64,000 bases of DNA from a virus. Taxonomy: Duplodnaviria; Heunggongvirae; Uroviricota; Caudoviricetes. The DNA is taken from the IMG/VR virus record IMGVR_UViG_3300025896_000021; one strand, 5' to 3'. Of the stretch, positions 11,301-19,582 are shown one piece after another. Position 1 is the first letter of the stretch. Each line of letters starts with the position of its first letter. The notes below the pieces were generated by a model, which was not told where the DNA came from, did no database searches, and worked only from the letters and a program-made list of their open reading frames with translations. The translations under genes were made by a program, and so were the position numbers.

Positions 11301-14300
11301 AGTACTGTTTGGTGCTAAGGTCAAGTCACTAGTCATATTAACAGTACCGCTAGTGTGTGTAAAATTTGTCACCGAAGACAAATCTCCACCAACATAATTA
11401 AATGTACCAGATGCTACAGTAAAAGTAGGAGTATTTATTACGCCGCTAATGAATGAAAATACTCCGGTTGAGATAGTGACACTAGCGCAAGTAATAGTAG
11501 CATCGGTCAACGTTCCACCAGTATAGGACATTGCTCCTGTACTATTTATAGTATAGGTTTGATAATCAATGAATCCATCTAATTGGAAGTAATTTGCACA
11601 TTGTATGTTGCTAGCTAATGTAACTGTACCAAGTGTGTTAACAGTAAATGATCCGATTGTTTTACCGGCAGTATTGATGGTACCAGTACCGATCATATTA
11701 GGTGATAGTGCGGTGTACGTGCCATTAATAGATAACAACAGAGTAGTAAGATTTAATGTAGTTGTACCTGGATTGAATGAAGTAGTGCCAAAATTTAGTG
11801 AGTTAAACCAACTAGCAGTGGTAAGAGTTTGCACTGCTGCACCAGTAGTAAAAGTTAAGTTAGGTGCATTAGCTGTTGTACCGCCAATGGTGTTACCAAA
11901 AGCAAAAGTCCGTGTTATATCTGCTGCTGCTCTAAAGCCGCCGATACCAGTGCAACTAAAATTAGTAGCAGTTGACATATTAAGGTTTACTGCGGCTGCT
12001 GTACTAGTTGCGAGAATAATATCATTGAGACCAAAACTTATTTCACGAATATTTGCGTTACTTGAACTGAATATACCAGTAGTTAAGTTGTAACCGTTTA
12101 AAACTATGTATCCAGCAGTCAATGTATACGTACCGGTAGCAGTGAGCGCATACGCTTTAGAAAAAGTTGCGACGCCTGAAGTATGAATGAATGCCGGTGC
12201 CGGACTTAACGTACCACCGACATATTCAAATGTACCTGACGCTAATATGAAGCTAGTGCTAGGAGTAAGTGTACCGTTGGTAAGAGTGAAGTTACCGTTA
12301 ACAGTAAAAGTAGTGCAAGAAATTATACCAGTATTAGCGTATGTACCAGATGTGTAAGCTATTGCACCTGCGCAGGTTAAATTATATGTACCAAAATCAA
12401 TATCACCTGATGTTTGAGTATATGTTCCTGAAACTGTCAAGGATCCAGTAAAAGTTGTAGTACCAATGTGGTTGACGACTAATACGAACATTGATTTACC
12501 GTTACCGTTAATAGTACCAGTGTCAACTATATTTGCAGTCAAGTTAGCATATGATGCAGCACCACCAAGAGTTAATGATTTAAGATTTAATGTTACGAGT
12601 GTACCAGTAGCAGACCCAGATACAATACAAGTACTACCAGTCAAATCAAGTTTATTAAACCAACTGGTTGAAAAAAACAATATTTCATTAGAACCACTAG
12701 TAATAGACAAATTGGGTGCGTTAGAATCAGTACCACCTGCGGTGCGACCAAAATCAAATCTTCTACCAACTATATCTGCAGCGGCAACAAATCCACCTAT
12801 ACCGGTATATGAGAAGTTAGTAGCATCGGCCATTGACAAACAATTAATATTAGTAACAGTATTTGTTAATACAATGCTACCCGAACCAAATGCAATTGCA
12901 CGAGTGTTAGCATTAGATGAACTAAAGATACCAGTTGTTAATGTAAACCCACCTAAGTCTAGTGTACCACTTGTCAGTGCATAAATACCAGTAGTAGTGA
13001 GGCTATAATCTTTACCAAATATCACATCACCTGATGTATGAGTGAATAGAGGAGTTGGGCCCATCGATCCTAGTGCAGCCAATGTATATGAACCTGAGTT
13101 AATTACAAAACTAATGCTGCAATTTATAGATCCACTGTCAAGTACTAGAGTAGGTCCGTTGAGCGTAAAAGTAGTACAACTAATATTTCCAAAATTAAGT
13201 ATTACTCCACCATTATAATTGATTACCCCCAGTGAGGTAAATGCAAACCCAGCTAAATCTAAAGTAGTGTTTATCAACTGAGTATGAGCATTGACTCCCA
13301 ATGCACTTAGTAGGGTAGTTGTCCCTGTAGTAGGAATAGTAAACGTGTTTACTGACTTACCATTACCGCTGATAGTGCTAGCAGGTCCAAACATATTTGC
13401 AGTTAATGCAAGATATGTACCGCTACTGGATAATATTAACTCATTTACATTTATAATAGCAGGAGCACTTGTGCCAGTGCTACCAGTAAAGTCAAGTTTC
13501 TTAAACCAACTATTGTTTACCGAATCAAATGGAGCACTACCCGATGCTACAAATAAATTAATCGCATTGGAGGTATCGGCGCCGGATGTGCTACCAAAAT
13601 TGAACGATTGGGCTACGCCCATACTACCTTTAAATCCGCCGGTGCCTGTATAAGTGAAGTTGTCAGCAATTGGCATATCTATGCCGGCGGTAGTAGTTAC
13701 TATATAGTTAGTGCCAAAAATTATTGAACGTACCGTATTATAAGACGAAGCAAACGATCCGGTTGTCAAATCATAGCCATTCAAATCTAATGTAGGAGCT
13801 AAAGTGGCGCCAAATGTAGTAGTGCCGACCACAGTAACCGTTCCGACTAAACTTGTAGTACTGTCATGGTTTATAGTTAATGCCGCGATTGATTTACTGT
13901 TACCATTAATAGTACTCATTCCAACCATGTTTATAGTCATGAGAGTGTAGGTGCCATCACCTAAAATTAACGACTGTGTGTTAAAACTTCCAGTTACTCC
14001 GGTGCTACTACCGGCTACCGTACTTGTACTACCGGTATAGTCAACAGTTTTGAAATAACTTCCAGTGTACATCAGAACTTCACTAGCACCACTAGTGATT
14101 GACAAATTGGGTGCATTAGTTAATGTGGCTCCACCAGAACGACCGAAGTCAAATCTTCTAGAAGTTGTCATTGCGCTAGTAAAGGCGCCTGTGCCAGTAT
14201 AAGTAAAGTTAGTAGCAATAGCCATTACTAGAGCACTATTACCTGCAATAGTATTAGTCAATACAATATTAGTAGAACCAAATATTATTGAACGCTCATT

Positions 14301-17300
14301 TGTATTAGTTGAACTGAATACACCAGTTGTTAACGTGAATCCACCTAAATCTAATATACCTGTTGTTAATGTAGTGGTTCCGCCTGCGGTCAATGAGAAT
14401 GCATCTACCAATGTAGTAGTACCCGACACTGAATTGATATTCAATATTGCTAAAGTCGCATTTCCATTAGATTTGATAGTTCCAGTACCAACCATGTTTA
14501 TAGTCATGGTAGTATAAACGCCTGCGGCCGATGAAAGAGCTAAACTATCAAGATTTAATGTAGTTGTTCCTGGATTAAACGCAGTAGTACCAAAGTCTAG
14601 TTTATTAAACCAACTACTACTAGTCAGTGTTTGAATAGCAACGCCTGTAGTAAATGTTAAGTTAGGTGAGTTGTTAGTTGTTCCTCCGGTCGTACCAAAG
14701 GTAAACGTTCTAGTAATATCTGCTGCTGCCACGAATCCACCAGTACCGATATAAGTGAAGTTAGTAGCAGTCGCTATATTAAGGTTTACTGCGGCTGCGG
14801 TAGTAGTCGCTAATATAATATTATTAGAACCAAAACTTATTGAACGAGTGTTGGTATTAGTAGAACTGAATGTACCTATAGTTAGATCGCTGCTACCTAA
14901 GTCTAAAGTACCAAGAACTAGTAAAAATATTGATGTTGCAGTATATGTCTGTGTGCCATCTAATGTTAGTGTTCCGCTGCCTAAGTTAAATCCAATGCCG
15001 CCTAGTTGTTTACTGAACTGACTTGACCAAGTTTGTGTTCTAGTGAATACAGGAATTAGTCCAGTGTAAGTTCCGCCTGTTGCTAGAGTCAATGTACTGA
15101 CGTATATACCTAGAGTAATCGCAGACATTGCCGGGGTACACGTACTACCAGTAAAATTTAAAGTGTTGAACCATGATCCATTAGTAAATGTCGGAACTTC
15201 TGCTCCACTAGTGATAGATAGATTAGGTGCATTAGTTGATGAACCACCTGCGATATAACCAAATCGTAATGTGCGAGTAACGTTCATTCCTGTAACAAAC
15301 CCGCCCGTTCCAGTGTAACTAAAGTTAGTAGCATCTGATACTTCTAACACCACAACCGCAACAGTAGTATGTGTTAATACGATGTTGCCTGTACCAAATG
15401 CAATTGAACGAACAATAATGCCGTTTGTGTTGAATATACCAGTGGTCAGTGTAAAATCATTAAGATTTAATGTGCCACTTGTTAGAGTAGTAGTACCGGT
15501 GACAACAGTGGTTAATGCATCATTTAAAGTAGTAATTGCTGTACTATTGACAGTCAATGCTGCAATTGTTTTACCAGCAGTAGTTACACTGCCGGTGCCA
15601 ATTCCTACTATAGTTAAACCAGTATAAGTGCCGCCGGTATTTAAGATAATAGTGCTGACGTTCACTGATGTAGTAGGAACTGCGAATGCAGTAGTACCAA
15701 AATCAAGAGTGTTAAACCAACTACCAGTTGAGAATGTTGCTATACCAGCGCCAGTGCCAGTTAGCTTTATCTTAGGTGCGTTGGCTGCAGTAGGGGCAGT
15801 ACCACTAGTGCCGAATATATATGATCGTGTTACTGAGGCATCACTTTCAAACTGTCCAGTGCCGGTGTAAGTGAAGTTACTAGCGTTCGCTACTGATAAT
15901 ACGTTTGTTCCTGCCGCGGTAGTTGCTAATATAATTTTATTAGTACCAAACGCAATTGAACGGGCTAAGGTACTAGATGCAGTAAATGAACCTATAGTTA
16001 AATCTCTACCATTCAAATCGAATGTACCTGAATTCAAGTTGATGCTAGAAGTTGCTGCGCCAAACGGCAAGTTACTTGGTAGATAAAACGTACTCAAAGT
16101 ATTGATAACTAATCCACTGATAGGTTTACCATTAGAAACTATAGTACCACTACCAACCATTGTAGGTGTCAAACTGGTATATGTTCCACCAGTTGATAGT
16201 ACCAAATCGTTGACATTCAATCCAGTGCCAGGGAGCACGAATGCAGTAGTACCAAAATCTAGTTTATTAAAATAACTAGCAGTAGTAAGAGTTTGTATTG
16301 CGGTACCAGTAGTAAATGTTAAGTTAGGAGCGTTCGCTGATGTGCCGCCTGTAGTACCAAATGTAAATGATCTTGTTATATTTGCTGCTGCGTTGAATCC
16401 ACCGGTGCCTGTACAACTAAACCCAGTAGCAGTTGCCATGTTCAGGTTAGTTGCTGCCGCAGTAGTAGTTGACAATATAATGCTACTGGTACCGAAAGTT
16501 ATTGAACGAGTGTTAGTGTTAGTCGAACTGAATGTTCCAATAGTTAAATCACCAGTTAAATTCAATGTGCCAGCAGTTAGGGTGAATGCAGCAGTAGGAA
16601 CAAACGTTGGGGTGCCGTCTAAAGTTAGTGTTCCGCCACTTAAGTTAAATACCATACCTCCTAATTGTTTACTGAATTGACTTGTCCACGTCTGTGTTCT
16701 AGTGAACGACGGTATTAAAGCTGTATATGTACCACCTGATGCCAATGTTAATGTAGACACGTTAACTGTAGTTGCAGCAGGGGTACATGTGCTACCGGTA
16801 AAGTCTAACGTATTAAACCAACTGTTAGTTGTGATAGTAGGTATTGCAGCACCACTAGTAATAGCTAAGTTAGGTGCATTAATTGATGTGCCGCTAGTGG
16901 TTCCAAAAGTAAATGTGCGGGTGATTGATGCCGCAGTGACAAATCCACCAGTAGTTGCGGTTGTTGTAAGATTAGTTACAATTGCCATATTCAATACTGT
17001 AGTAGCGGCAGTAGGGTGCGCTAATACAATATTACCTGTATCAAATGCAATTGCACGGATAGTAGTATTAGACGAACTGAATATACCAGTTGTTAATGTA
17101 AAACTAGCTAATGCAAGAGTGCCGCTTGTCAATGTAGTAGTAGCGGTGTTAACTGTTGTGAGTGCATCTCCTAATGTTGTAGTACCTGATATACTATTAA
17201 TAGTTAATGTCGGTAGAGGTTTGCCATTGGAAATAATAGTACCAGTTCCTACCATTGTCGGCGTTAAAGTAGTAAATGTACCACCACTTGATAATGTTAA

Positions 17301-18695
17301 TCCATCCAAGTTTAATGCCGTTGTTCCCGGATTAAATGCAGTAGTACCAAAATTCAATAAACCAAACCAACTACCTGTTGTGAATGTTTGTACTGCTGTA
17401 CCACTACCAGTTAATGCTAAGTCAGGGGACTTCGCTGATGTGCCACCTGTAGTTCCAAACGTATAAGTTCTGGTTACTGATGCATCACTAACAAATGACG
17501 GTGATCCAGTAGAACTATAATTAGTAAGAACAGCCATATCCAATACAGTCTGCGCAGCAGTAGTGTGTGTCAAATATATACTATTTGTACCCCATGCAAT
17601 TGCCCGAATGTTTGTGTTATTGGAACTGAAACTACCAGTAGTTAAATTAAACCCATTTAATAAAAGGCTACCATTCGTTAATGTGGTGGTGACCGCTGCT
17701 CCAGTAGTTAATGCACTACCTAAAGTCCATGCCCCGCCTACTCCATTAAATGTTATCGGACTACTAATTGCTACTGTGTTAGCGGTTACTGTTCTACCCG
17801 AAGTGGTAGAGTTGAATGTTAGCAGACCAGTGGCACTCCAAACTGTTCCCGCATCTAATGACATAGAACCAGAATTTGTAAGTGTACCTGTGGATGTAAA
17901 TGTGGGTGCGCTGGCACTAACAGTCATACCAAAGCATGTTAAAGCACCTGTCATAGTGACAGTATAAGTACCAGCTTGATCAAATGTTACAGAATCAGAC
18001 ACCTTCGGGGCAGGAGCACCACTTGCACCACCTGATGAGAATGCCCAGTTAGTTGTTGTAGCATCCCATGTTCCAGTGCCGCCTACCCAATAGCGGCCGC
18101 TGGGTATGATGGAGAATGTAAAACCAGTCAGCTGGGTTAGAACATCTATTGTTGCGGATCTAATGGTACTAAGGCCTGCTGCTGCTTGAGTCTCATCTAC
18201 AATTAACAAACCGTTAGAAGTTGTATTGGACGATGCATTGACACGAGTTGTAGTAGGGGAACCGGGCGCTGTCCAGTTGCCTCCTGTGTTGGTAGCAGCA
18301 AAAACACTAACTTGAAGTTCATTGGCATAAGTGTTTGTTGTTTGTGAAGAAGTAGTTATAGGGCCTAGAGAAAGAGTTGGTTTATAAACATAACCACTAG
18401 TTACATCAACTGCGCTTGCGCCACGATAAGCAAGCATAACTGCAATAGAGTTAGCGCCGGTTAAGTTTGTTAGTGCTACTGCTGTTTCTGTACCAGTTGC
18501 AATTTTAGAGAGAATGACCACATACATTTGCCCACCTTGTGAGCGAGTTTGTGTCCAACCAGCCGGAGTTGCAACCGTACTTGAACCAGTGACAGTAATT
18601 AGAAGCAAGTCTCCTTGAATAAATCCTGCAGGAACTGCTACTGTAGGATTTACTCCTCCGGCTACAGCACCGGCAGCAACAAATGATACTGCCAT
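2337..18695 (-). CDS. Giant (5452 aa) repeat adhesin/fibre-like virion protein: N-terminal beta-sandwich, RYWVGG cap, ~19 beta-solenoid-like repeats, four glycine-rich modules
   Basis: 16.4-kb ORF. About 19 copies (counted by S[WY]F) of a ~170-aa unit: GTLNL..F.LTTGIFSSSNTNTRSIAFG...ATNFTYTGTGGF...NAPNL..TSG...SWF..LDF. Gly-rich modules at ~6900-7760, ~5505-6362, ~3270-4015 and ~2337-3250. Confidence 0.9.
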   Translation of the reverse strand: MAVSFVAAGAVAGGVNPTVAVPAGFIQGDLLLITVTGSSTVATPAGWTQTRSQGGQMYVVILSKIATGTETAVALTNLTGANSIAVMLAYRGASAVDVTSGYVYKPTLSLGPITTSSQTTNTYANELQVSVFAATNTGGNWTAPGSPTTTRVNASSNTTSNGLLIVDETQAAAGLSTIRSATIDVLTQLTGFTFSIIPSGRYWVGGTGTWDATTTNWAFSSGGASGAPAPKVSDSVTFDQAGTYTVTMTGALTCFGMTVSASAPTFTSTGTLTNSGSMSLDAGTVWSATGLLTFNSTTSGRTVTANTVAISSPITFNGVGGAWTLGSALTTGAAVTTTLTNGSLLLNGFNLTTGSFSSNNTNIRAIAWGTNSIYLTHTTAAQTVLDMAVLTNYSSTGSPSFVSDASVTRTYTFGTTGGTSAKSPDLALTGSGTAVQTFTTGSWFGLLNFGTTAFNPGTTALNLDGLTLSSGGTFTTLTPTMVGTGTIISNGKPLPTLTINSISGTTTLGDALTTVNTATTTLTSGTLALASFTLTTGIFSSSNTTIRAIAFDTGNIVLAHPTAATTVLNMAIVTNLTTTATTGGFVTAASITRTFTFGTTSGTSINAPNLAITSGAAIPTITTNSWFNTLDFTGSTCTPAATTVNVSTLTLASGGTYTALIPSFTRTQTWTSQFSKQLGGMVFNLSGGTLTLDGTPTFVPTAAFTLTAGTLNLTGDLTIGTFSSTNTNTRSITFGTSSIILSTTTAAATNLNMATATGFSCTGTGGFNAAANITRSFTFGTTGGTSANAPNLTFTTGTAIQTLTTASYFNKLDFGTTAFVLPGTGLNVNDLVLSTGGTYTSLTPTMVGSGTIVSNGKPISGLVINTLSTFYLPSNLPFGAATSSINLNSGTFDLNGRDLTIGSFTASSTLARSIAFGTNKIILATTAAGTNVLSVANASNFTYTGTGQFESDASVTRSYIFGTSGTAPTAANAPKIKLTGTGAGIATFSTGSWFNTLDFGTTAFAVPTTSVNVSTIILNTGGTYTGLTIVGIGTGSVTTAGKTIAALTVNSTAITTLNDALTTVVTGTTTLTSGTLNLNDFTLTTGIFNTNGIIVRSIAFGTGNIVLTHTTVAVVVLEVSDATNFSYTGTGGFVTGMNVTRTLRFGYIAGGSSTNAPNLSITSGAEVPTFTNGSWFNTLNFTGSTCTPAMSAITLGIYVSTLTLATGGTYTGLIPVFTRTQTWSSQFSKQLGGIGFNLGSGTLTLDGTQTYTATSIFLLVLGTLDLGSSDLTIGTFSSTNTNTRSISFGSNNIILATTTAAAVNLNIATATNFTYIGTGGFVAAADITRTFTFGTTGGTTNNSPNLTFTTGVAIQTLTSSSWFNKLDFGTTAFNPGTTTLNLDSLALSSAAGVYTTMTINMVGTGTIKSNGNATLAILNINSVSGTTTLVDAFSLTAGGTTTLTTGILDLGGFTLTTGVFSSTNTNERSIIFGSTNIVLTNTIAGNSALVMAIATNFTYTGTGAFTSAMTTSRRFDFGRSGGATLTNAPNLSITSGASEVLMYTGSYFKTVDYTGSTSTVAGSSTGVTGSFNTQSLILGDGTYTLMTINMVGMSTINGNSKSIAALTINHDSTTSLVGTVTVVGTTTFGATLAPTLDLNGYDLTTGSFASSYNTVRSIIFGTNYIVTTTAGIDMPIADNFTYTGTGGFKGSMGVAQSFNFGSTSGADTSNAINLFVASGSAPFDSVNNSWFKKLDFTGSTGTSAPAIINVNELILSSSGTYLALTANMFGPASTISGNGKSVNTFTIPTTGTTTLLSALGVNAHTQLINTTLDLAGFAFTSLGVINYNGGVILNFGNISCTTFTLNGPTLVLDSGSINCSISFVINSGSYTLAALGSMGPTPLFTHTSGDVIFGKDYSLTTTGIYALTSGTLDLGGFTLTTGIFSSSNANTRAIAFGSGSIVLTNTVTNINCLSMADATNFSYTGIGGFVAAADIVGRRFDFGRTAGGTDSNAPNLSITSGSNEILFFSTSWFNKLDLTGSTCIVSGSATGTLVTLNLKSLTLGGAASYANLTANIVDTGTINGNGKSMFVLVVNHIGTTTFTGSLTVSGTYTQTSGDIDFGTYNLTCAGAIAYTSGTYANTGIISCTTFTVNGNFTLTNGTLTPSTSFILASGTFEYVGGTLSPAPAFIHTSGVATFSKAYALTATGTYTLTAGYIVLNGYNLTTGIFSSSNANIREISFGLNDIILATSTAAAVNLNMSTATNFSCTGIGGFRAAADITRTFAFGNTIGGTTANAPNLTFTTGAAVQTLTTASWFNSLNFGTTSFNPGTTTLNLTTLLLSINGTYTALSPNMIGTGTINTAGKTIGSFTVNTLGTVTLASNIQCANYFQLDGFIDYQTYTINSTGAMSYTGGTLTDATITCASVTISTGVFSFISGVINTPTFTVASGTFNYVGGDLSSVTNFTHTSGTVNMTSDLTLAPNSTYTFTAGTLAMNDFTLSTGIFSSTGIIARSILFGTGNIMLTHTTAAQTVLSMADATNFNYTGTGGFRTTADVTKTFTVGSTLGANFNNAPSLAITSGSAVPTITTNSWFKVLDFTGSTCTPAATTVNIDTLLLDATGTYTGLIPCFTRTQTWTSQHSKQLGGIGVNRLFTTVTLDGTQTYTATSVCSVIAGTLDLGGYDLTIGSFISSGTSIRSVVFKNTNIILNTTTAGAVLSVADATNFSYTSISGGFVSDATIARTYQFGSTLGASTANAPNLLINSGTAIPSITTNSWFNTLDFTGSSCTPAATVVNVNNLTLSSGGTFTGISATMRSNGIITPNGKSIAALVINHTDLGTTSLAGALTCTTHTYTTGNIDFNNFNLTGTVAIYSSGSFSNINVFVCTSFNIAGNFVLDNGIITPSSAITLNSGSLTYLGGTISPVATFNHNAGTVTLGKSYALTVNGTYTLTAGSLNLNNYNLSTGIFSSTGIVARSIEFGTGNITLTHTTVATTVLSMAVVTNFTTSGTGGFVTAASITRTFTFGTTGGSETNAVSLAITSGSAVPTITTNSWFNKLDFTGSTCAPIAAAAYVNTLILATGGDYTGLVARFTRTQTWSMQYGKQLGGMGFNLAGGTLTLDGTQTFPAISSFLLQAGKLNLGGYDFSIGTFSANSTAELIAFGTNNIVLTTTATLVTALNFGNATNFTCTGTGGFVIPADRERTFVFGTTGGTSANAPNLTFTGSGTAIQTLTTGSWFNKLDFGTTAFSPSVTTLNLNGLTLSSGGGSYTALIVNLVGSGIIIGNGTASLGGLTINHSATTTLGGNFAVNYVLNCSVTLTSGTLALAGYTLTTAAFISTNTNTRSIAFGTGNIVLSVPSGSAVLNLDMADATNFTCTGTGGFTSAMSVDRTFTFGSTTGGSVSNAPNLSITSGAAIPTITSGSWFNALNFTGSTCTPAATTVNVSTLTLATAGTYTGLTPLFTRTQTWTSQYSKTLAGIGFNLIDGTLTLDGTQTYSATGSFSLVAGTLNLGGVNQTFGRFISNTTDTRSIAFGTNNIILATTTAAVVNLSMPTATNFSYTGTGGFTSAMSVARTFNFGSTAGGTSVNAPNLSLTSGASIPTFISGSWFNTLNFTGSSSTPDVATLNLNSLTLPGTGTYTNLTVNMVGNGTINGNSKTIGALTVNSNNPNTTEQYKVVTFNSSGSITFPASNAPPTVEYLVVGGGGGGGGGAQRGGGGGGAGGLVAGTSSITSGISYPVTVGSGGAATVIADSAGAVGTASSFSGVTGNGGGGGGYQDINGPTTGACGGGGSQNGNQAGAAGNQGYGGGQGFDGGTPGPWRGGGGGGMGAIGDNGSVGGAGGVGLLNSISGTSSYYAGGGGGGAQSTSAGAGGNGGGGAGGSDSNGSNGTANKGGGGGGGGFNGGTGLGGGGGSGLVSIRYLATYADPTSTTGSPAVYTIAVPLVAVTQTTSDIVTLSSALFVTGTTTLTFGKINLNNFTLSTSSFISSNTNVRAIDFGSGNIAISTAAAAGTAVLSMADATNFTCTGTGGFTSALSVAQTFRFGSTAGGSSTKAPNLSIYSGTAIPTIITNSWFNTLNFTGSSSTPAVTTVNVNSIILATGGTYTNLTVNMVGTGTITSNGKTIAALNINSNNPDVLVPYKVYTFNSSGSITFPASNAPPTVEYLVAAGGGGGGGGIGAGGGGGGGGAGGLILSSASIVPGSSYSIAVGSGGIAATGISGTSGSISSFHDSIAIGGGYGGQRVPGGAGGSGGGGGGGLGTRIGGLGTAGQGNNGGAAAAAGPANADSSGGGGGAGFAAADAVATVASSGGDGLSSVIAGTETYYAGGGGGGGNTTPGAGGNGGGGAGGGNLQNGSAGTSNTGGGGGGGGGGNTSGGAGGSGVVIISYMSVYADPSSTTGSPNVSTIIAIPLIASSPDIVTLSGALTVTGVTSLTLGKLNLNNFTLTTAGFSSSNTNVRVLAFGTGNIALTSTTASTTVLSMDDATNFSYTGTGGFTSAMSVTRTFTFGSTAGGSIFNAMNLSLTSGASTITLTSGSWFKVLAVTGTTSTIAATTLYVDTLTLATGGTYTGLTPVFTRTQIWTMQFAKQLAGIGVNSVDATLTLDGTQTYATTSKLLLTAGTLDLGGSNVTFGSVVSSNNNARAIVFGSNNITLATTVADTEVLSMADATNFTCTGTGGFTAGMNVTRTFSFGSTTGGSATSAPNLSITSGANLLTISNGSWFRVLDFTGSTSEIIPTTLNVDTLTLATGGTYTSLTSVFTRTQTWTSQFSKVLSGIGVNKAGATLTLDGTQTLAVMSNIVVNAGTLNLAGYDISCYNFSSTGTGSRVITGASAITVTNNWSVINGTGLDTSGCTINMVAQATKTFAGAGGTYGTLVQKSKYPLLITGSNSFESVQVSSDMVEFVTAMIPIGEMSYTTPGTYTWTAPAYVTSVSVVTVGGGGSGGIGSTGGAMGGGGGALAWKNNISVTPGQSYTVVVGAGGAAQVNQSSSNTGFSGGDSYFLSTTTVRAGGGTGGNCSGTLVPGGAVLAGDGGGAGGRVSFIWGGAGGAGGYNGNSGTGGQGGDSSGLSAGAGQNGGGGGGNGTTSVGNGTGSGGGVGIMGLGANGSAASSGITSASGSPGSGGSGKLYGGGGNGLYTFGGNSGPGGDGAVRIIWGYKRSFPVDTPVTVDMMIVGGGGGSQIGAGDANSGIGGGGGGGVVLTTYTIPQSVIVSQTAIVVTVGTGGYNSNGSNSTVAAADNTFSLTALGGGASGTFQVNGTAGGSGGGGGGRDYPPGTGGTGLQPTSASGGYGNNGGNCRTGNEGGGTSAGGGGGGAGAVGGYGVSQLGGVGGVGIASTLIGASIALTLGVGEISGSSVYFAGGGGGMANGSGGAGGLGGGAVGASSTYQGSGSAASTQSNSTGVRNGKTNTGGGAGGAAAGYTYGGTGGSGIVIIRQLLTTSPPAAATGGCTVVYDGLYILYIFKSSGTITL

Positions 18696-18729
18696 ACTTT
18701 ACCCCTGACCCGCTTGTTTCATTGACCGG

Positions 18730-18737
18730 TATTTATT
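18730..18737 (-). promoter_or_regulatory. Putative T4-late-like promoter AATAAATA
   Basis: In the 51-bp gap upstream of the giant gene. Confidence 0.55.
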
Positions 18738-18746
18738 TGCCATATG

Positions 18747-18974
18747 TTATACTATTGGAGTTTCTGTTACGGGAACTTCTTCAGTTGGCATAGCATTAAT
18801 AATAGCTAACCAGCTGTCATATCTTTCTTGCTTAATTGCATCAATAGATGCACTAGATGTTGCATCGTATTCTGTTTGTGCCATCCATATTGCATCTCGG
18901 TAAAGTTGAGCTCCTTCACCTTTTTCAAAGATCACTTGTACTTGTTCACCGATGCGATTGATAATATCTGCCAT
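18747..18974 (-). CDS. Small acidic protein (75 aa), candidate assembly chaperone/partner of the giant protein
   Basis: AAGGAAA RBS. YRDAIW...IDAIKQERYDSWLAII. Lies directly upstream of the giant gene; function inferred from context. Confidence 0.75.
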   Translation of the reverse strand: MADIINRIGEQVQVIFEKGEGAQLYRDAIWMAQTEYDATSSASIDAIKQERYDSWLAIINAMPTEEVPVTETPIV

Positions 18975-18992
18975 ATTCTATTTCCTTAAAGT

Positions 18993-19565
18993 TTAAAAGC
19001 CAAAGTTCTTAGCTAATAAATGCCATTTGTTAGTTGCACTATTATATATGAAACCCATATAGTCATATTTATCACTACCTGTAGACACGGTTGGCAATGC
19101 TAAATCAGCAGATCCAGCAAAGATAATATTCCATGCAAATTCTTGAATGTTAATAGACTGTATTCTGAATATAATTTTTTGCCCATCAAAGAATGACCCG
19201 GTTACTGCATTGATAGTTAATATACCTGCGACTTGCGTATTAATCTGTGATGCAATGTCAGTTACATCAGCGTTCATGGTGACAGATGTTGCATCTGTTA
19301 TAACTACTACTCTTGGTTTAACTGGGCCGCTGATGCCGCTAGTCGCAACTAAATTAGTAGCATGAAGATTACCGTTATAGTTTAATCTACTAGTATCAAC
19401 CGGATCAGTAGTACTATTATTAAATTGTCCATTGGCGACGTTGCTACCGTTATATGCGATAAACGATGACAAGTCATCGCTTGCGGTTACACCACGATCA
19501 CCGGGTAAAGTACCGCTAGTTAAAACCGCGGCATTTCCAAAAGATAATTGACTAGCTACACTCAT
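18993..19565 (-). CDS. 190-aa fibre adaptor-like protein with C-terminal beta-sandwich
   Basis: CAGGAAAA RBS. C-terminal domain LTINAVTG..DGQKIIFRI...AW..IF....LPT.ST...KYDYMGFIYNS..NKWHLLA is a type common at phage fibre ends. Confidence 0.8.
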   Translation of the reverse strand: MSVASQLSFGNAAVLTSGTLPGDRGVTASDDLSSFIAYNGSNVANGQFNNSTTDPVDTSRLNYNGNLHATNLVATSGISGPVKPRVVVITDATSVTMNADVTDIASQINTQVAGILTINAVTGSFFDGQKIIFRIQSINIQEFAWNIIFAGSADLALPTVSTGSDKYDYMGFIYNSATNKWHLLAKNFGF

Positions 19566-19582
19566 TGTTTTTTCCTGTTATA

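Noticed and set aside
2337-18695. Bacterial autotransporter, two-partner or RTX adhesin locus
   Set aside because: No signal peptide, beta-barrel, RTX nonapeptides or transporter genes; phage-type promoters and neighbouring genes fit a virus better.
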